Positions 14,008 to 31,928 of a DNA stretch of 64,000 nt are shown piece after piece. Every line of letters starts with the position of its first letter. The stretch's first letter is position 1. The DNA is from the human T2T-CHM13v2.0 reference genome, Homo sapiens. The notes under the pieces were generated by a model. It did not search any database. It saw only the letters and a list, made by a program, of their open reading frames with translations, and was not told the DNA's origin. The stretch lies in NCBI RefSeq assembly GCF_009914755.1, contig NC_060942.1; one strand, 5' to 3'. The position numbers were made by a program, and so were the translations under genes.

Positions 14008-14658
14008 TATGCTTTCACTATTAAACCATGGATTGTTCAGGAGTGTGTGATTTAGATGACAAATATTGAAGAATTTTATTCTAGAGCTCTTACTATAGTA
14101 ATATTTAATTTAAAGGCATTGTCGTCAGAAAATATACTTTATAAAATTTTAGTTTTATGAAATGTATTGACATTTATTTTATGGCATAGCACATGTTCTG
14201 TCTTGTTGAGTGTTCTTTTGCACCAAATGTGTATTAAGAAGTTGTTCGATCTAATGTTCTATGACTATCAATTAGGTCAAATCAGTTTATGCCGTTATTG
14301 TTATTTTGTTTAATAGTTATTTTAATTACCAGGAAAGCATTGTTAAAATCTCTCACCATAGTTTTGCATTTGTATATTTCTCCCTTTAGGTATGTCTATT
14401 TTTGCCTCATGAATTTTTAAGCTTTATTATTAGGCATATACATGTTTAGGATTGTTATAGCTTCTTTATGTATTTTTCCTTTTATCATCATAAAATGTTA
14501 TTCTTTATCTTGGTAATAATTCTTAGTTTGAAATACTCTTGGTATGGCATTTATATTTATACTGTTTGAAATATACATATACTTTGTATAATATTAATAT
14601 ACTTCCACTGTTTTTCTTATATCTACAAGTTGCAGGATATATGTTTTTCCATTTTTAA

Positions 14659-15022
<364 letters not shown>

Positions 15023-15531
15023 GGGCCTTGCTTTCTTAACCAGTCTCATAATATGTACCTTTTAATAGAAGTATTTATTCAGGAGTTCATAATGTCAATA
15101 TTAATATGACTGGGCTCTAGACTACCATTTTACATTTTTATGCTTTCTCATTTCTTTTTGTTCTTTAGTTACTCCTACCATGAATTATTTTGGTATGATT
15201 TTTAAATTATTCTATGTTCTTTCCTCTGATTTTAAATAGAATTTTTTACTATTTTAGTGGTACTTAAAAGATTACAATATGCATCTCTAACTTATCATAG
15301 TCTCCTTAGAGCTCACAGTATACTATTTAATATAAAATTTTAAAATCTTGCAACAGTAAAATTCTATTTACCTACCTTGTCAGATATTTATCTATCCTCC
15401 TGCCATTTTGTCATTTTTTAAATATTTGTACCTGTTATAAACTCAAAATTATGGCATTATATTTTTAAATAAATTTTCAATCATCTGTTAAGACAAAGAA
15501 AAGCAAGGATTTCTTTTTAAACAGTCTTATT

Positions 15532-19400
<3,869 letters not shown>

Positions 19401-19404
19401 AAAC

Positions 19405-21320
19405 AGTTTTATTGAGATATAATTTATGCACCATACTATTTCCCCATTTAAAGCATACATTTAAGAATTTTTAGTGTATTCAGAGTCGCAAAACCATCAC
19501 CACAATCAATTTAGAACATTTTCACATATTTGTTCTAATACATATTTGTCCAAATATTTGTCGTGCAGCTGCTCTTTATTCCTTCTTGTATAACCAGATT
19601 TCTGTCTGGCATCATTTTCCTACAACCTGAAGAACTTCTTTTACCATCTCTTTAAGTTGAAGTCTGATGGTGATTCATTCTCTCACCTTTCATTTATCTG
19701 AAAACTCATTTCATCTTCTTACTGAAGAAGTTTGTTGGATATAGATTTTTGAGGGTTTCTTTTAGATTTTTGATTTTCTTTTCCTTTCAGAGACACTCAG
19801 TATCTTGTTCACTATATGGTATGTTTACTTTCAAGATTTTTTTAATTTTGGGTTTAGCATTTTGGCCATGTTATGTGGAGATGTGGTGTGGTTAGTTTGT
19901 TTGCTTCTTCACTTATCAAGTTTGGAGTTCTATGTGTTTCCTGAATCTATGAAGTAATGGGGGGTTACACAACTTGGTAAGTTGGGGACTATTATTTCTT
20001 CAATTAATTTTATTCTCCATTATCTCCCTCTCTGCCTTTGGGAAGTTCAATTACACATGTTAGAATATTCCATATTGTCCGAAATTGCCCCACAAGTCAC
20101 TGAGTCTGTGTTTTTAAATCCTTTTTTTCTCTTCAAATCAGATGATTTCTGTTGATAATTCTTCAAATTGACTGAATTTTTTTTGCCTTCTCTAATTTGC
20201 TATTAAGTCCAATTCATCTCATTTTCAATTTAAATCACTTTTTTCATTTTATTTTCATTTGGCTTTTTGTATATTTTCCATTTCTTTACCAGGATACCAT
20301 ACCTACTCACTTGCTGTGACTATCTTTTACTGTAAGTTCACATTGATTTTACAATTTGTATTTTAAATTTTTTGCTTTAAAACTTTTTTGCTTTAAATTT
20401 TTTAAAATTTGTTATCTATTAATTCTAACATTGGGGAGGTTTTATAGTCTGTGCCTAGTGACTGCTTTTCCTCTTGATTCTGTCATCTTTTACTTAACTT
20501 TTCCCATGTGCAGTAATTTTATGTTGTATACTGGGCATTGTGGTTGACACTACAGAGAGATTCTTGACTTTGTTATTCTATTCTGAAGAGTGTTTACTTT
20601 TGTTCTTGAATGTAATTTAATTACTTACTCATCACCCTGCACATGTGGAGGCTACATGTTTGTTATCATACCAAATGTCCAGGTTTTCTTTTCATCTTAG
20701 AACTCATCTTTATTGTTGGGACATAACAGTTTTTCCTAAGTTATGGTCTCTCTTGGATTTCCATGGAAAGGCCAAGTTCTTTTAACTTGACAAGATTCAA
20801 ACATCCAACTCTGTTTTTACTCAGTTAAAACTCTGCTTAGATTTTTCAGCCTTAATGTTTTTGCGTTCTTCCATCCTCCTGGTATTCTCTTGCACAGCTC
20901 ATGGGCAAGCCAAGCATATGAGGGTAGTAGATATTTGATTTGTGTGCTCTTTCCTCTGTATCTCCCTCCTTTCAAGATTTTTTTCCTCCATTTCCAGTCT
21001 CTTTGACAACCCTGAACTCCATATTTTCACATCTTATCCTAATAAAACAGTACTGTTTTTTCTGCTTGAATTCTAGCTATCACCGCAATATGTGGACTAG
21101 GGATTGTTTTTAGGAGAAAAATGGTGTGAATGTAGCTCTCAGTGAATTTTTTTTTCTTTCCAGGGTCAAATTTCCTCCAGGTTCAATCAGTTTCCTCCTG
21201 ATTTTGCTTATTCTTCAGTGACTTCTAATAGCTGTGCTTTAAAAAGTATTTCATTCAGAGTTTATAATTGTTATGTTCGAGAGGATTAGTCTGATGACAG
21301 ATATTACACTATTTCTGGAT
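19405..21320 (-). mobile_element. Old L1M fragments (L1MB/L1ME-like)
   Basis: An antisense 3'-end motif (ttttattgagatataattt..ccatcaccacaatc) followed by degenerate ORF1/5' sequence. Confidence 0.55.
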
Positions 21321-21789
21321 CGGGCTCCATAAACTATGTTTAAATATTAATTGGGCTTATGGGTTTATGGTTTACTAAATCAAGTAGGCAATATGTATTC
21401 AAACCACAAACTACATGAAGATAGGCCTGTGGTTACAAATTCTCAGGTATAACTCTTCCTTTGTACCCAGAACTCAGGCTGAGATAGACAAATTCATTTG
21501 TCATCTGACTGTGCAAAGGTAAAATTTTCTACTCACTCTTTCACTGACGGTATTTCAAAAGTCCGAATTCCATATAAAATCTCCAACTCAGCAATTAGCC
21601 TTGCATCACATGACATACCTGAACTCCTGTCCCTGTGAGGCCATTTAAGCCCAATCTTTTTGGTTCTTGATGTAAGTAGCTCCTGCTATGGCAACTAGAG
21701 AGACAGTTTACCATGTTTATTTTCCAGTTTCCTCTTGGTTTATTTCCAGTTCAAACTATTTACTTAATATACCATTTTGAGATCTAATA

Positions 21790-22290
21790 GGACCTTCAAA
21801 CATTATATACTGAAAATAGAGCTCCTGAATTTTTCTATCAATTCTCTTTCCTCCAAACTTCTACATCCCAGTAAATAACACTATTATTCATCTCCTTTCC
21901 CAAGTTCTTTCAATAGTCCTCCAAAATGCATCTTAAATCAGCCCACTTAACTCTTCACTAACATCATTCTAACATCAGACCTTAGCATCTTTTATTTGGT
22001 TTGTTGCAATGCCTCCAACTAGGCTCCTTATTCTATCCTTCTCTGACATATCCTCCACGAGCAGCCCAACTAAATATATTAAATAAGGACCATATTATAA
22101 CACTTCCCTGCTTAAAGCAGTTTAATACTGCTACATTGTTTTTAGTGTAAAATGCAAACTCTTACATGGGTCATAAGATTCAGCGTGATCAGAATCACAC
22201 GTGTCTCTTCAATCTCAGCTTGCATCACTCTTCCCATCTCTCAGTTCATACTGGCTGGCACCCTAGTCTTCAAACACTTCCTTTTACCCA
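21790..22290 (+). mobile_element. LINE-2 fragment
   Basis: Motifs cccagtaaataacac, cacttccctgcttaaa and aaaatgcaaactctt resemble the L2 3' region. Confidence 0.65.
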
Positions 22291-22630
22291 CAACTTGGAA
22301 GAGTAGTTTTGCATGTTGGAGAGTGGAAGTAGCTTATGCCTAAGTTCTGATCACAGACACGGTGATGGTAACATCCTCTGACGTGGTAACAGAACATGTG
22401 ACCCCAGCCCACAAGATGAGAAAAACTCTGGCTTGGCCAACTCTGGTTTTAAAGGTTGGAGAGATGTGGAAATTTGCACTTGTAGTTGCTGCTATTTTTG
22501 GAACCAATGAAAAAGTTTCACAGATTATTAACTTTTAGTAGTTGAAGATTTTTAGATTGAAAGATTGCTGGGAGAGACAACCTCGCCATCTGATTAACGG
22601 CATGAATTTCTTCTTTATAATGTTCAACTA

Positions 22631-22960
22631 CAGTATGAATTGGCAAACATTTTCTCTAAAGCTCAACACAGTAAATATTTTAAGCTTTACAGGGTAGGTA
22701 TTCTCTGTTGCAGCCACTCAACTCTAGTGTTTAGTGCAAAACTGACCACTGAAAATATGTAAGTAAATGAGTGTGGCTATGTACCAATAAACCTTATTCA
22801 TGAACACAGAAGTTTGGATTTCGTATAGCTCTCCTGTGTCATGAAATATTATACTTCCTTTGACATTTTTCCAATTATTCTAAAACAGTAAAAACCATTC
22901 TTATCTTGCAGGCCATACCAAACAGGTGCTGGACCAGACCTGGACTCCCTGGGGCCACAG
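22631..22960. mobile_element. MER58B-like hAT-Charlie MITE
   Basis: ttggcaaacattttctctaaag..gtaaatattttaagcttt..gagtgtggctatgtaccaataaa..ggccataccaaaacagg. Confidence 0.85.
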
Positions 22961-23624
22961 AGCTTCATTTGAACTAAGTAGAAGACTGCTCTGGTTAGGT
23001 ATGTCTTTGAGGCTGTGAGGTAGGCTGCGACAGGTTTACTTTTCTCCTGGGACTCTGAAACTCTAACATATTCCAGGATAGTGGCGTTGCTGGCAATCTG
23101 TGGTCCTAGTGCATCCCAGAGCATTTCAAAATGAGGCCCCAGTCTTAAATTCTAACTGTAAAGCTACCACCCCAAGTCAGAACCCAGAAAGTTTTCTCTG
23201 GTTGTCCACTGCAACAATCAGAGAAAGTTATGAGTTAGCCAGAGGATGAGAGTGCCGCCTTCAGTCTACCGCCTGTTGACATAATTTTAGTTGAGAGTGG
23301 GCAAGAAGACTTCTCTGGGCAGTGTTTTCAACAAGACCACAGGGAATGGGAAACCAGGGGCATCCTATATCCTGCCTCCCAAAACTATCTGGAGCTTAGG
23401 AAAATGTTGAAAGAAGCATGTTATAGCAAAAGGAGCATATACTTGGGCAGTGTATAGGGTTGGGTTTGAAACTACCAGAAATACCTCTCATTGCGAACCC
23501 AGAGAAAATTGTGCCAGCTCTCTGAATTTTCATGTCTTCATGTCTGAGGTGAATGTAGTGATGCCCACCTAGGCTCCAAGGGCCTTGGGCATAGTGCAAG
23601 CCTGGTTAATGACTTTCAGTCAGT

Positions 23625-23900
23625 CCTGCAATATGTATATTTATCAGGTGCCTTAATCTGCACAAAACACTGCTCTTAAAAGCAAATTAGACGTAGTATT
23701 TGTTTTCATGGAGTTTACAGTGTAGCAGAGAAGACAAAATTAAGTGAACATTAAGAATAAAATAAGAAGTGCTATGACAGAAGAAAAATAGGCAGCTCTG
23801 AGGACATGTGCCAGGAAGGCCAACTGCTCTAAGGAGCCAGGGAAGTTGCCCTAGAGATAATGCTTAAGCTGAAGCCTTGAGAAAGAAGAGGTAATTTAAT
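23625..23900 (-). mobile_element. LINE-2 3' fragment
   Basis: tcatggagtttacagtgtag..aagtgctatgacag..ttaagctgaagccttgag. Confidence 0.65.
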
Positions 23901-24107
23901 CATGGCCCAGTGAGACAAGGGACACATGCGAGGTCTGGGGGGCCTTTGAACACTTAACAAATATTCACATTGTTTTCAGGAGCTACAGACCCAGATTACA
24001 TTTTTTAAGAGAGGAAGAAATGGTTGGCTGTAATATTAAAACTAAAGCTAACCAGTCATGGGCTCCTCGGAGATTACCTCTTCTTTCTTCTAAAGCAGAG
24101 CAAAATT

Positions 24108-24512
24108 AAATGTCCAACAATGATAGACTGGATTAAGAAAATGTGGCACATATACACCATGGAATACTATGCAGCCATAAAAAATGATGAGTTCATGTCC
24201 TTTGTAGGGACATGGATGAAGCTGGAAACCATCATTCTGAGCAAACTATCGCAAGGGCAGAAACCAAACACTGCATGTTCTCACTCATAGGTGGGAACTG
24301 AACAATGAGAACACATCGACACAGGAAGGGGAACATCACACACCGGGGCCTGTTGTAGGGTGGGAGGAGGGGGGAGGGATGGCATTAGGAGAAATCCTTA
24401 ATGTAAATGACCAGTTAATAGATGCAGCCCACCAACATGGCACATGTATACATAAGTAACAAACCTGCACATTGTGCACATGTACCATAGAACTTAAAGT
24501 ATAATTAAAAAA
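24108..24512 (+). mobile_element. 5'-truncated L1PA (PA4-like) 3' end
   Basis: CPTMIDWIKKMWHIYTMEYYAAIK followed by a 3'UTR ending aacttaaagtataattaaaaaa. Confidence 0.93.
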
Positions 24513-25796
24513 TTGTAGCAGGAAAACAGCTTTGCTGTTTTCAGTAATAGGGAGAGGGTTAACATTTAGCTCGACAAGGATTCATTTCCTTTAGGCTTCT
24601 AAAAAGTTTGCAATTCAGGAATATTGATCTCTCTAAAGTAGAATGTTGGCCTTTAGTAAGCAATAAAAGAAAAGCATAAACAATCTTTTCCCTGCCAAAT
24701 AATTTTGTTTTAGTATCTAAGCACCCCATGCCTCTGTGAAGGCTCCAGGACGGGCCATTCATCAGTGTCTCCAGCAAGTATACTGAAATACCTGGGGGAA
24801 AAAAAAAGAAAAAACAACATGCCTTACTGATGAGGCATCAGAAATTTTTGATTTCCATTTTATGACTTCTAGTACTAATAATTCTAACTTTTATAGCCAA
24901 ATAAATTTGAAACATCAGAATACAATCTTTAGAAATAATTAATGTTAATATGTTCTAAATAATTTATATATTTACTCTTACTTCTGTCACCTCCACCCTC
25001 AAAGAGAAGCACATATGAGCCTTGTTTGATCGTGTAGCCAGGGTCTCTTCCCTTAATCTCAATGCATTTGAGTAGCTTTTTAACATTCTAATCACATTCA
25101 TACTAAACCTTTAACCACCCCAATTCACACTGTTTCTACATAACCTAGTGCTTCACCAATACTGATTTCTAGAACCTTAAGGAAGGATCCTGAACGATGA
25201 TGAAATCATTTGAATATTCCCTTCACGGGATATAGAAACATTTTTATAAAGAATGCCAGTTCCATTAAGGCCAGTCAATAAAATAAATAATAAACTAACG
25301 GAACATGCTAATGTAATCTCATATCACTTGCTCTGATGTCGTGTTACATGCGTATTAGCTCTCATTGCTAAACTTGTGAAAAAACAAAATTTGAGGAGAG
25401 ATTTTTTTAAATGCACAAAAGAAGAATACAATAGAAAGAAACAGATTTGTGGCTATTTCTGTTTTACAAATACCAAATAGTTTACAAGCCCATATTTTAA
25501 TCCCATTTTTCTCCCACACAAGAAGAACCCAGGAGTAAAGAGAGCTGAATCGGCATCATTACTCAGTCTAGGTTTCAAATCCATGCTCTGTGATGAATGG
25601 GCGGTTTTCAGGTTATTTACAGTGCGACGGAAAGAAAACTGAGCAGGAAAGGAGCAGTAGTTTTTCCTAGTACAAGTCCTGCCTCTAACATGCTGGGTAA
25701 ACTTGGGCTAGCCACTAATATGTTTAGATCTCAGTTTTCTTTCCACTTCATGATGACCACAGCAAATGCAACTGAATTCCCTAAGTGCTGTGAATA

Positions 25797-25890
25797 TTAG
25801 TTGGTGCAAAAGTTATTGCTGGTTTTGCCATTAAAAGTAATGGCATTCAAAGTAATGGCAAAACCAGCAATTACTTTTGCACCAAAATAA
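25797..25890. mobile_element. MADE1 (Hsmar1-derived MITE), palindromic
   Basis: TTGGTGCAAAAGTTATTGCTGGTTTTGCCATTA and its near-perfect inverse, with TA flanks. Confidence 0.93.
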
Positions 25891-25956
25891 TAACTTTTCC
25901 CAGAGCACCCTGACCACGTGTTGCAAACTTTCTGCAGCTAATTTTTGGTGAGCACT

Positions 25957-26308
25957 TTCTTTTTTGTTTGTTTTGGTTTCTTTTTGTTGTTGGTTTTTGG
26001 GTTTTTTTTTTCTTTTTGGAGACAGGATCTCACTCTGTCTCCCAGGCTGGAGTGCAGTGGTGCAATCATAACTCACTGCAGCCTTGACCTCCTGAGCTCA
26101 AGCAGTCCTCTCACCTCAGCCTCCTAAGTAGCTGGGACTGCAGGCGTGTGCCACCATGCCTGACTGATTTTTTTGTCTTCTTACTTTTTGTAGAGACAGG
26201 ATCTCACTATGTTGCCCAGGCTGGTCTCAAACTCCTGAGCTCAAGCAGTCCACCTGCCTCAGCCTCCCAAAGTGTTAGGATTACAGGCGTGAGCCTCTGT
26301 GCCCAGCC
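25957..26308 (-). mobile_element. AluJ
   Basis: Dimer with J-type motifs (ctcctgagctcaagcagtcc), a degenerate tail and TSD core TGAGCACT. Confidence 0.92.
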
Positions 26309-26374
26309 TATGAGCACTCTTGCTGTCAAGAAAGATTACACTTGCAACTCCACAGGCAGAAGAGTATAGTAAAT

Positions 26375-26694
26375 ACAGAGATCTCCTCTTAGCTGCGGTT
26401 CCATTACCTACAGTTAACAGCAGACTGAAATCCGTGTCAGTACAATAACATATTTTGGGAGAGAGAGAGATCATATTCACATAACTTTAATTACAGTATA
26501 TTGTTATAATTACTCTAGTTTATTATTAGTTATTGTTAACCTCTTACTGTGACTAATTTATGAATCAAACTTCATCACAGGTATGTATGTGTAGGAAAAA
26601 ACATAGTACGTATAGGGTTTAGTACTAGCCACAGTTTCAGTCATCCACTGGAGGTCCTGGAATGTATTCTCCAAGGATAAACGAGGAACTATTG
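26375..26694. mobile_element. MER44A-like TcMar-Tigger element
   Basis: gagagagagatcatattcacataacttt..gtatgtgtaggaaaaaacatagt..catccactggaggtc, with TA flanks. Confidence 0.85.
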
Positions 26695-26859
26695 TATATC
26701 AATTCATTTGATTTCTACTCAAGTATATTGATAAAAGTTTTGGTGGTAGCAACAGTTGAAGTTACTGAATGAAATTAATATTTATAAATTTATGCTGATC
26801 TCAGTGATTATTGATCAAGAACTGACAATACTTAAAGTGAAAATTAGAGACAAAACAAA

Positions 26860-27310
26860 CATTTGAAAGTCAAAATGTTGCAGATATTCTCCTCACACTA
26901 TAAAATCAAATACATAACAGATAGATTAAAGCAACAAATGTAAAAAAATTAGAAAACTAGAAAGAATAGACGCAAATATATTTTTTATTACATAAACAGG
27001 AAATTTTAAAGATATAAAAAATTAGCAAAGAAAAAATAAAAATGTACCTAAAGATTAAGAATTCCTGAGCCCTTAATAATAATAGTTGAACATTTAAAAC
27101 AAATCATTTAAAAATGAGTAAAAGACATGACAAAGGATCAATATGTAAAAATATTTTATAAATCAATAAACATAACTAAAGCCCCAAAAGGTATGTGGAT
27201 TAAAGGGCATGGGGAAATACAAGTGAATTATAAATATCTCAGAAATATTTATTTTTACCAGTTATATTTTAAAATGTAACCTGAATAACATAATTTAAAA
27301 TATTAATAAG
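26860..27310 (+). mobile_element. Old L1ME-like ORF2 3' fragment
   Basis: A-rich and degenerate (cctcacactataaaatcaaatac..atagattaaag). Confidence 0.5.
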
Positions 27311-30223
27311 TGCAAAGTCAGAAGCAAGTGAAAATCCCTCCCATACAAGGCCTATCAGCTCCGTACTTCCTCCAGTATTTTCATAGTTGAAAACCTCAAC
27401 ATGATCTCAAATATCTTACTAATTTACCTAAGGATGCCTCTTTATGTGTCTTCTAAAATTTAAATAAATGTCACACTACCCATAATCCATTTTGTATGAA
27501 AGACTTTTTCAGTTACTCTTGTCCTGCCTGCACCATATAAGACTTCACTTACATTTGCAGGACACTTCACAAGTTAGGAAGCCTTCCTCCCAACCCAGTA
27601 CAATAGATACTATAACACCAACTTTATAGGTGTAGAAATAGCTTCTCATAGGTTAATTCATTTGCTTAGTAAGATGAATTTAGGTGAAATTTATTTTATG
27701 TAATGCTACCTCCTATGTTTGTCATAACTTGCTGTTTTTCCATGTTTCCTCTGCTCCTTGGTGATACCAGATGTTTTTTCTCCAAGTGGAATACAAGTAA
27801 AGCAAAACTGTGTTTATCATCTTTAAAAATAAAATATAAAGATAACAAACACTAGGATCTGAAATTCATATAATTTGGGGAAGAAAAATCTAAAACTCTA
27901 ATTGTAATCAATTTTCAGAATCTCATAGGTTGAAACACTGCTAAGTTTTATAATTTTTCTTTTACTAATTAAAATTGCTTAATTCAGTACTGAATTAAGA
28001 GATGATGCTTGATAAATGGGTAAATTAATTAACTCTAAAAATAAAAACCAGAAACTTTCAAATGGAAAAACACTCATTTATGACTAGGAGTAAGGTGAAT
28101 AAGAGACAAATAGCTCCAAAGTAAATTCTTCCCAGAGTGTTACAAAATTTATATTAAAATCAATTCATTATTTATAATAATTAACTCTTTTTAAATTTAA
28201 CTTTTAATTTTTAGACAATTCTAGACTTACTTGTAGGTCTAAGATATAATACAGAGAGGTCCCATGTACTCTTTATCCAGATTACCCAATGATAATTTCT
28301 TTCAAAATAACAGTGCATTGCCACAATCATGATATTGACAATGTGCACTCAAGATACAGAACAATTTCATCACCAAATAATCTATTTCGATACCTTGTAT
28401 AGTCACATCTGCTTCCATCTGGGCCTCCCTCTCACCTCTGGGAACTTCATTTATTGTCTATTTCTATAATTTTATCATTTTAATAATTCTTTATAAGTAG
28501 AGTTCTATAAGGTACAGTCCTTCGGATGAGCTTTTTCCCCAGCATCATTCTCTAGAGATTCATCCAAGGTGTTGTACATGTAAATAGTTTGTTCTTTCTT
28601 ACTGCAAGTAGTATTCTGTGGTATGGACATAGCACAGTTAGTTTAACCATTCACTGAGTGAAAGACATCTGGGTTGTTTCCAGTTTGGCATGATTATGAA
28701 TAAAGCTGCTGTGAACATCCAGGTACAAAGTTTTGTGTGAACGCAAGTTTCATTTTTGGCATAAATGGCCAAGAATACAATTGCTGGGTCACATGTTGGC
28801 TGCACGTTTCATTTTTTATTTCATTTGATAAACTATTTTCCAGTGTAACTACACTGTTTTACATTACCATCAGCAATGTGTAAGTGTTCCGGTTTCTCCA
28901 CATCCTCAGTAGCTTTTGTAATTTTAATGTGTGTTTACCTGAAGGCTAAAGATGTTGAATATCTTTCATATGTTTATTTGCCATCTGTATATCCTCTTTG
29001 GTAAGATTTCTACTCATGCCTTTGCATATTTTCTAATTGAATTTTTTAATGGTTGAATTTTGAACAATTTTACATATCCTAGATATTAGTACTTTGATTA
29101 AAATGTAGTTTTCAAATATTTTCTCCCATTTTTAGTTTATTATTCCTAACAGGGCCGTTTGCAAAGTAAAGGTTTAAATTTTAATGAGGTTTAAATTATT
29201 GTTTTTTTCCTTTTCTGAATTGTGCTTTTAATGTCAAGTCTAAGAACATTTTGCCTAGCCTTAGATATCAAAGATTTTCTCCTATTTTTTTCTAGGAGTT
29301 TTATTATTTAAAATTTTACTTTTAGGTCTGTGATTAACTGTGAGATAATTTTTGTATAAAGTGTGGGAATTGGGTTGAAGTTCACCTTTTAGTCTATGGA
29401 TGTTCAATTACTCCAGCATCAGTTGCTGAAAAGGATATCCTTCCACCATTGAATTACTTTCGCACCTTTGCTAAAACTCATTTGAGCATATTTGTGTGGG
29501 GCTACTTCTCAGTTCTTGAATCTGTTCCATTTGTCTATGTGACTATTCCTTCACTAATACTACACAGTCTTAATTACCGAAGGTACATAGTAAGTCTTGA
29601 AATCAAGTAGACTGGCTCTTCCCACTTTATTATTCTTTTTCAAAATTGTTTTAGTTATTTAAGTTTTTTTTATTTCCTTATAAATTTTAGGGTAAGTCCA
29701 TTGATATCTATAATTACAAAAGAGTCAATCCACCAAGTAAGACATAGCAAAGTATATACACACACACCAAAAAAAAAAAAAACAGAGCTGCAAAATATGT
29801 AAAGAAAAAATGGATTGAGCTGGAAAGATAAATAGGCAAAACCAAATTTTGTAATTTTGATAAGAATCATATTAAACTTGTATAAGAATTGCATTAAACC
29901 TCAATTTGAGAACTGACATCTTTAATATGTTAAATCTTTCAATCCATGAACATGGTATGAGTTTCTTATACAATGTATATGGTTGGTCATTTTTTAATCA
30001 ATTATTGTCCATTTCTGTCTTAGTTGGTGTATGTAGACTATTTACATTAAATGTAATATTATTGACATCTGAAGTCTTCCATTTTTGTCTTCCATTTATC
30101 TTTTCTGATTTTCCTTTCTGTTTTTTCCTTCCTGTTATTTAAACATTCATTTAGAACCTTGTTTTGACTCATCTACAATGCTTTTTATTCTCTTTGTGTA
30201 GCTTTCTTAATGGTTACTCTAGG

Positions 30224-30226
<3 letters not shown>

Positions 30227-30276
<50 letters not shown>
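30227..30276. repeat. (AT)n microsatellite, about 25 units
   Basis: Directly visible. Confidence 0.97.
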
Positions 30277-30279
<3 letters not shown>

Positions 30280-30519
30280 CACAGTCTACTGGTGTCAACC
30301 TTTCACCAGGTCAAGTGAGGTTTGGAAAATTTACCTCTCTTTACCATCACACATCTACAATTTTCTTACATATTTCTTCTATACACATTTAGGTACACAT
30401 CAGAAAGCACAATAGTTTTTGCTTTACATATCAAATAAATTTAGAAAACTCAAGAGAGGTAGCATGTATTGTATTTATGCAGATTTTTCTCTTTCCGTTA
30501 TTCTTTCTTCCTTCCTGAT

Positions 30520-30909
30520 TGATATGATTTGTCCCTGGATCCCCACCCAAATTGCATGTTGAATTGTTATCTCTACATGTTGATGAGGGGCCTGCTGAGC
30601 GGTGATTGGATCATGGGGGCAGTTTCTAGTAGTTTAGCACCCTTCCCCTAGTGCTGTCTCATGAGTGAGTTCTCAGGAGAGCTGGTTGTTGAAATGTGTG
30701 TAGCACTTCCTTCTCTTTCTCTCTCCTGCTGCCATGTGAAGAAAGTACTTGCTTCCCCTTCGCCTTCTGTCATGATTATAAGTTTCCTGAGGCCTCCCAG
30801 TCCTGCTTCCTTTTAAGCCTATGGAACTATAACTCAATTAACCTCTTTTCTTCACATATTACTCAGTCTCAGGTAGTTCTTTATAGCAGTGTGAGAACAG
30901 TCTAGTACA
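30520..30909 (+). mobile_element. MSTA/MSTB MaLR solo LTR
   Basis: Runs TGATATG...cagtctcaggtagttctttatagcagtgtgagaac..ACA with a 5-bp TSD CTGAT. Confidence 0.92.
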
Positions 30910-31344
30910 CTGATGTTCCAAGTTTCCTTCTCGTATCTTTTCCTTTCGTTGTAAAGAATTTCTTTTACTGTTCTTTTAGGAAAGAACTGCTGGTGAGAGT
31001 TTCCCCTTCATCTTGATTTCTTCTTCATCCCTGAAGGATATTTTCAGTGTATAGAATTCTAGGTTGACAATTGCTTTCTTTCAGGTTGGGACTTCAAAAA
31101 TGGTGTGCCCCTTCCTCTGGGTTTTCTAGTTTCTGATGAGGAATCATTGTCATTTGAATTTTAGTTTCCCTACATGTAAAATATATTTTCTCTTTTGTGA
31201 CTTACAAGATGTTTTGTCCTTAGTTTTTAGATGTTTGACTATGATGTGTCCTGATGTAGATTTATTTGGATGTGAACTGTTCAGGGATTCTTCCAGCTAC
31301 TTAAATCTGTAGATGTGTGAATCTTGTCTAAACTGAAAGTTATT

Positions 31345-31503
31345 AGCTGGGCACAGTGGTGTATGCCTGTAGTCCTAGCTATGCCGGAGGCTAAGGCAGG
31401 AGGATTACTTCAGCCCAGGAGTTTGAGACTGCAATGAGCTATAATTGTGCCACTGTACTCCAGTCTGGGTGACAGAGTGAGATCCTGTCTCTAAAAAAAA
31501 AAA
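31345..31503 (+). mobile_element. Alu monomer (FRAM/FAM-like)
   Basis: A single right-arm-like monomer with an A tail. Confidence 0.85.
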
Positions 31504-31609
31504 TTATAATAATTGCAGAAGTTTTCACCCATTATTTCTTTAATGCTTTTTCAGCTTTATCTTCTTTCTCCTGCCTTTCTGGGACTACAGTGACACAAAT
31601 GTTAGATTT

Positions 31610-31928
31610 TAGCCAGGCACAGTGGCTCATACCTGTAATCCCAACACTTAGGGTGGCCAAGGCAAGAGGATCACTTGAATTCAGGAAGTTGAGACTCAGA
31701 CCAGCCTGGACAACATAGCAATACCTCATCTCTACTAAAAGTAAAAAAAAAAAAAAAATAGCCAGGTTTGGTGTCACATGCCTGTAACTCCCAACTACTT
31801 AAGAGGCTGAGGTGGGAGGGTTTCTTGAGCCCAAGAGGTCAAGGTTGCAGTGAGCTATGATCACACCACTGCACTCCAGCCTGGGCAACAGAGCAAGATC
31901 CTCTCTCAACAACAGCAACAACAAAAAA
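31610..31928 (+). mobile_element. AluJ
   Basis: Dimer with a (CAA)n tail and a degenerate TSD ttaga(c)ttttag. Confidence 0.92.
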
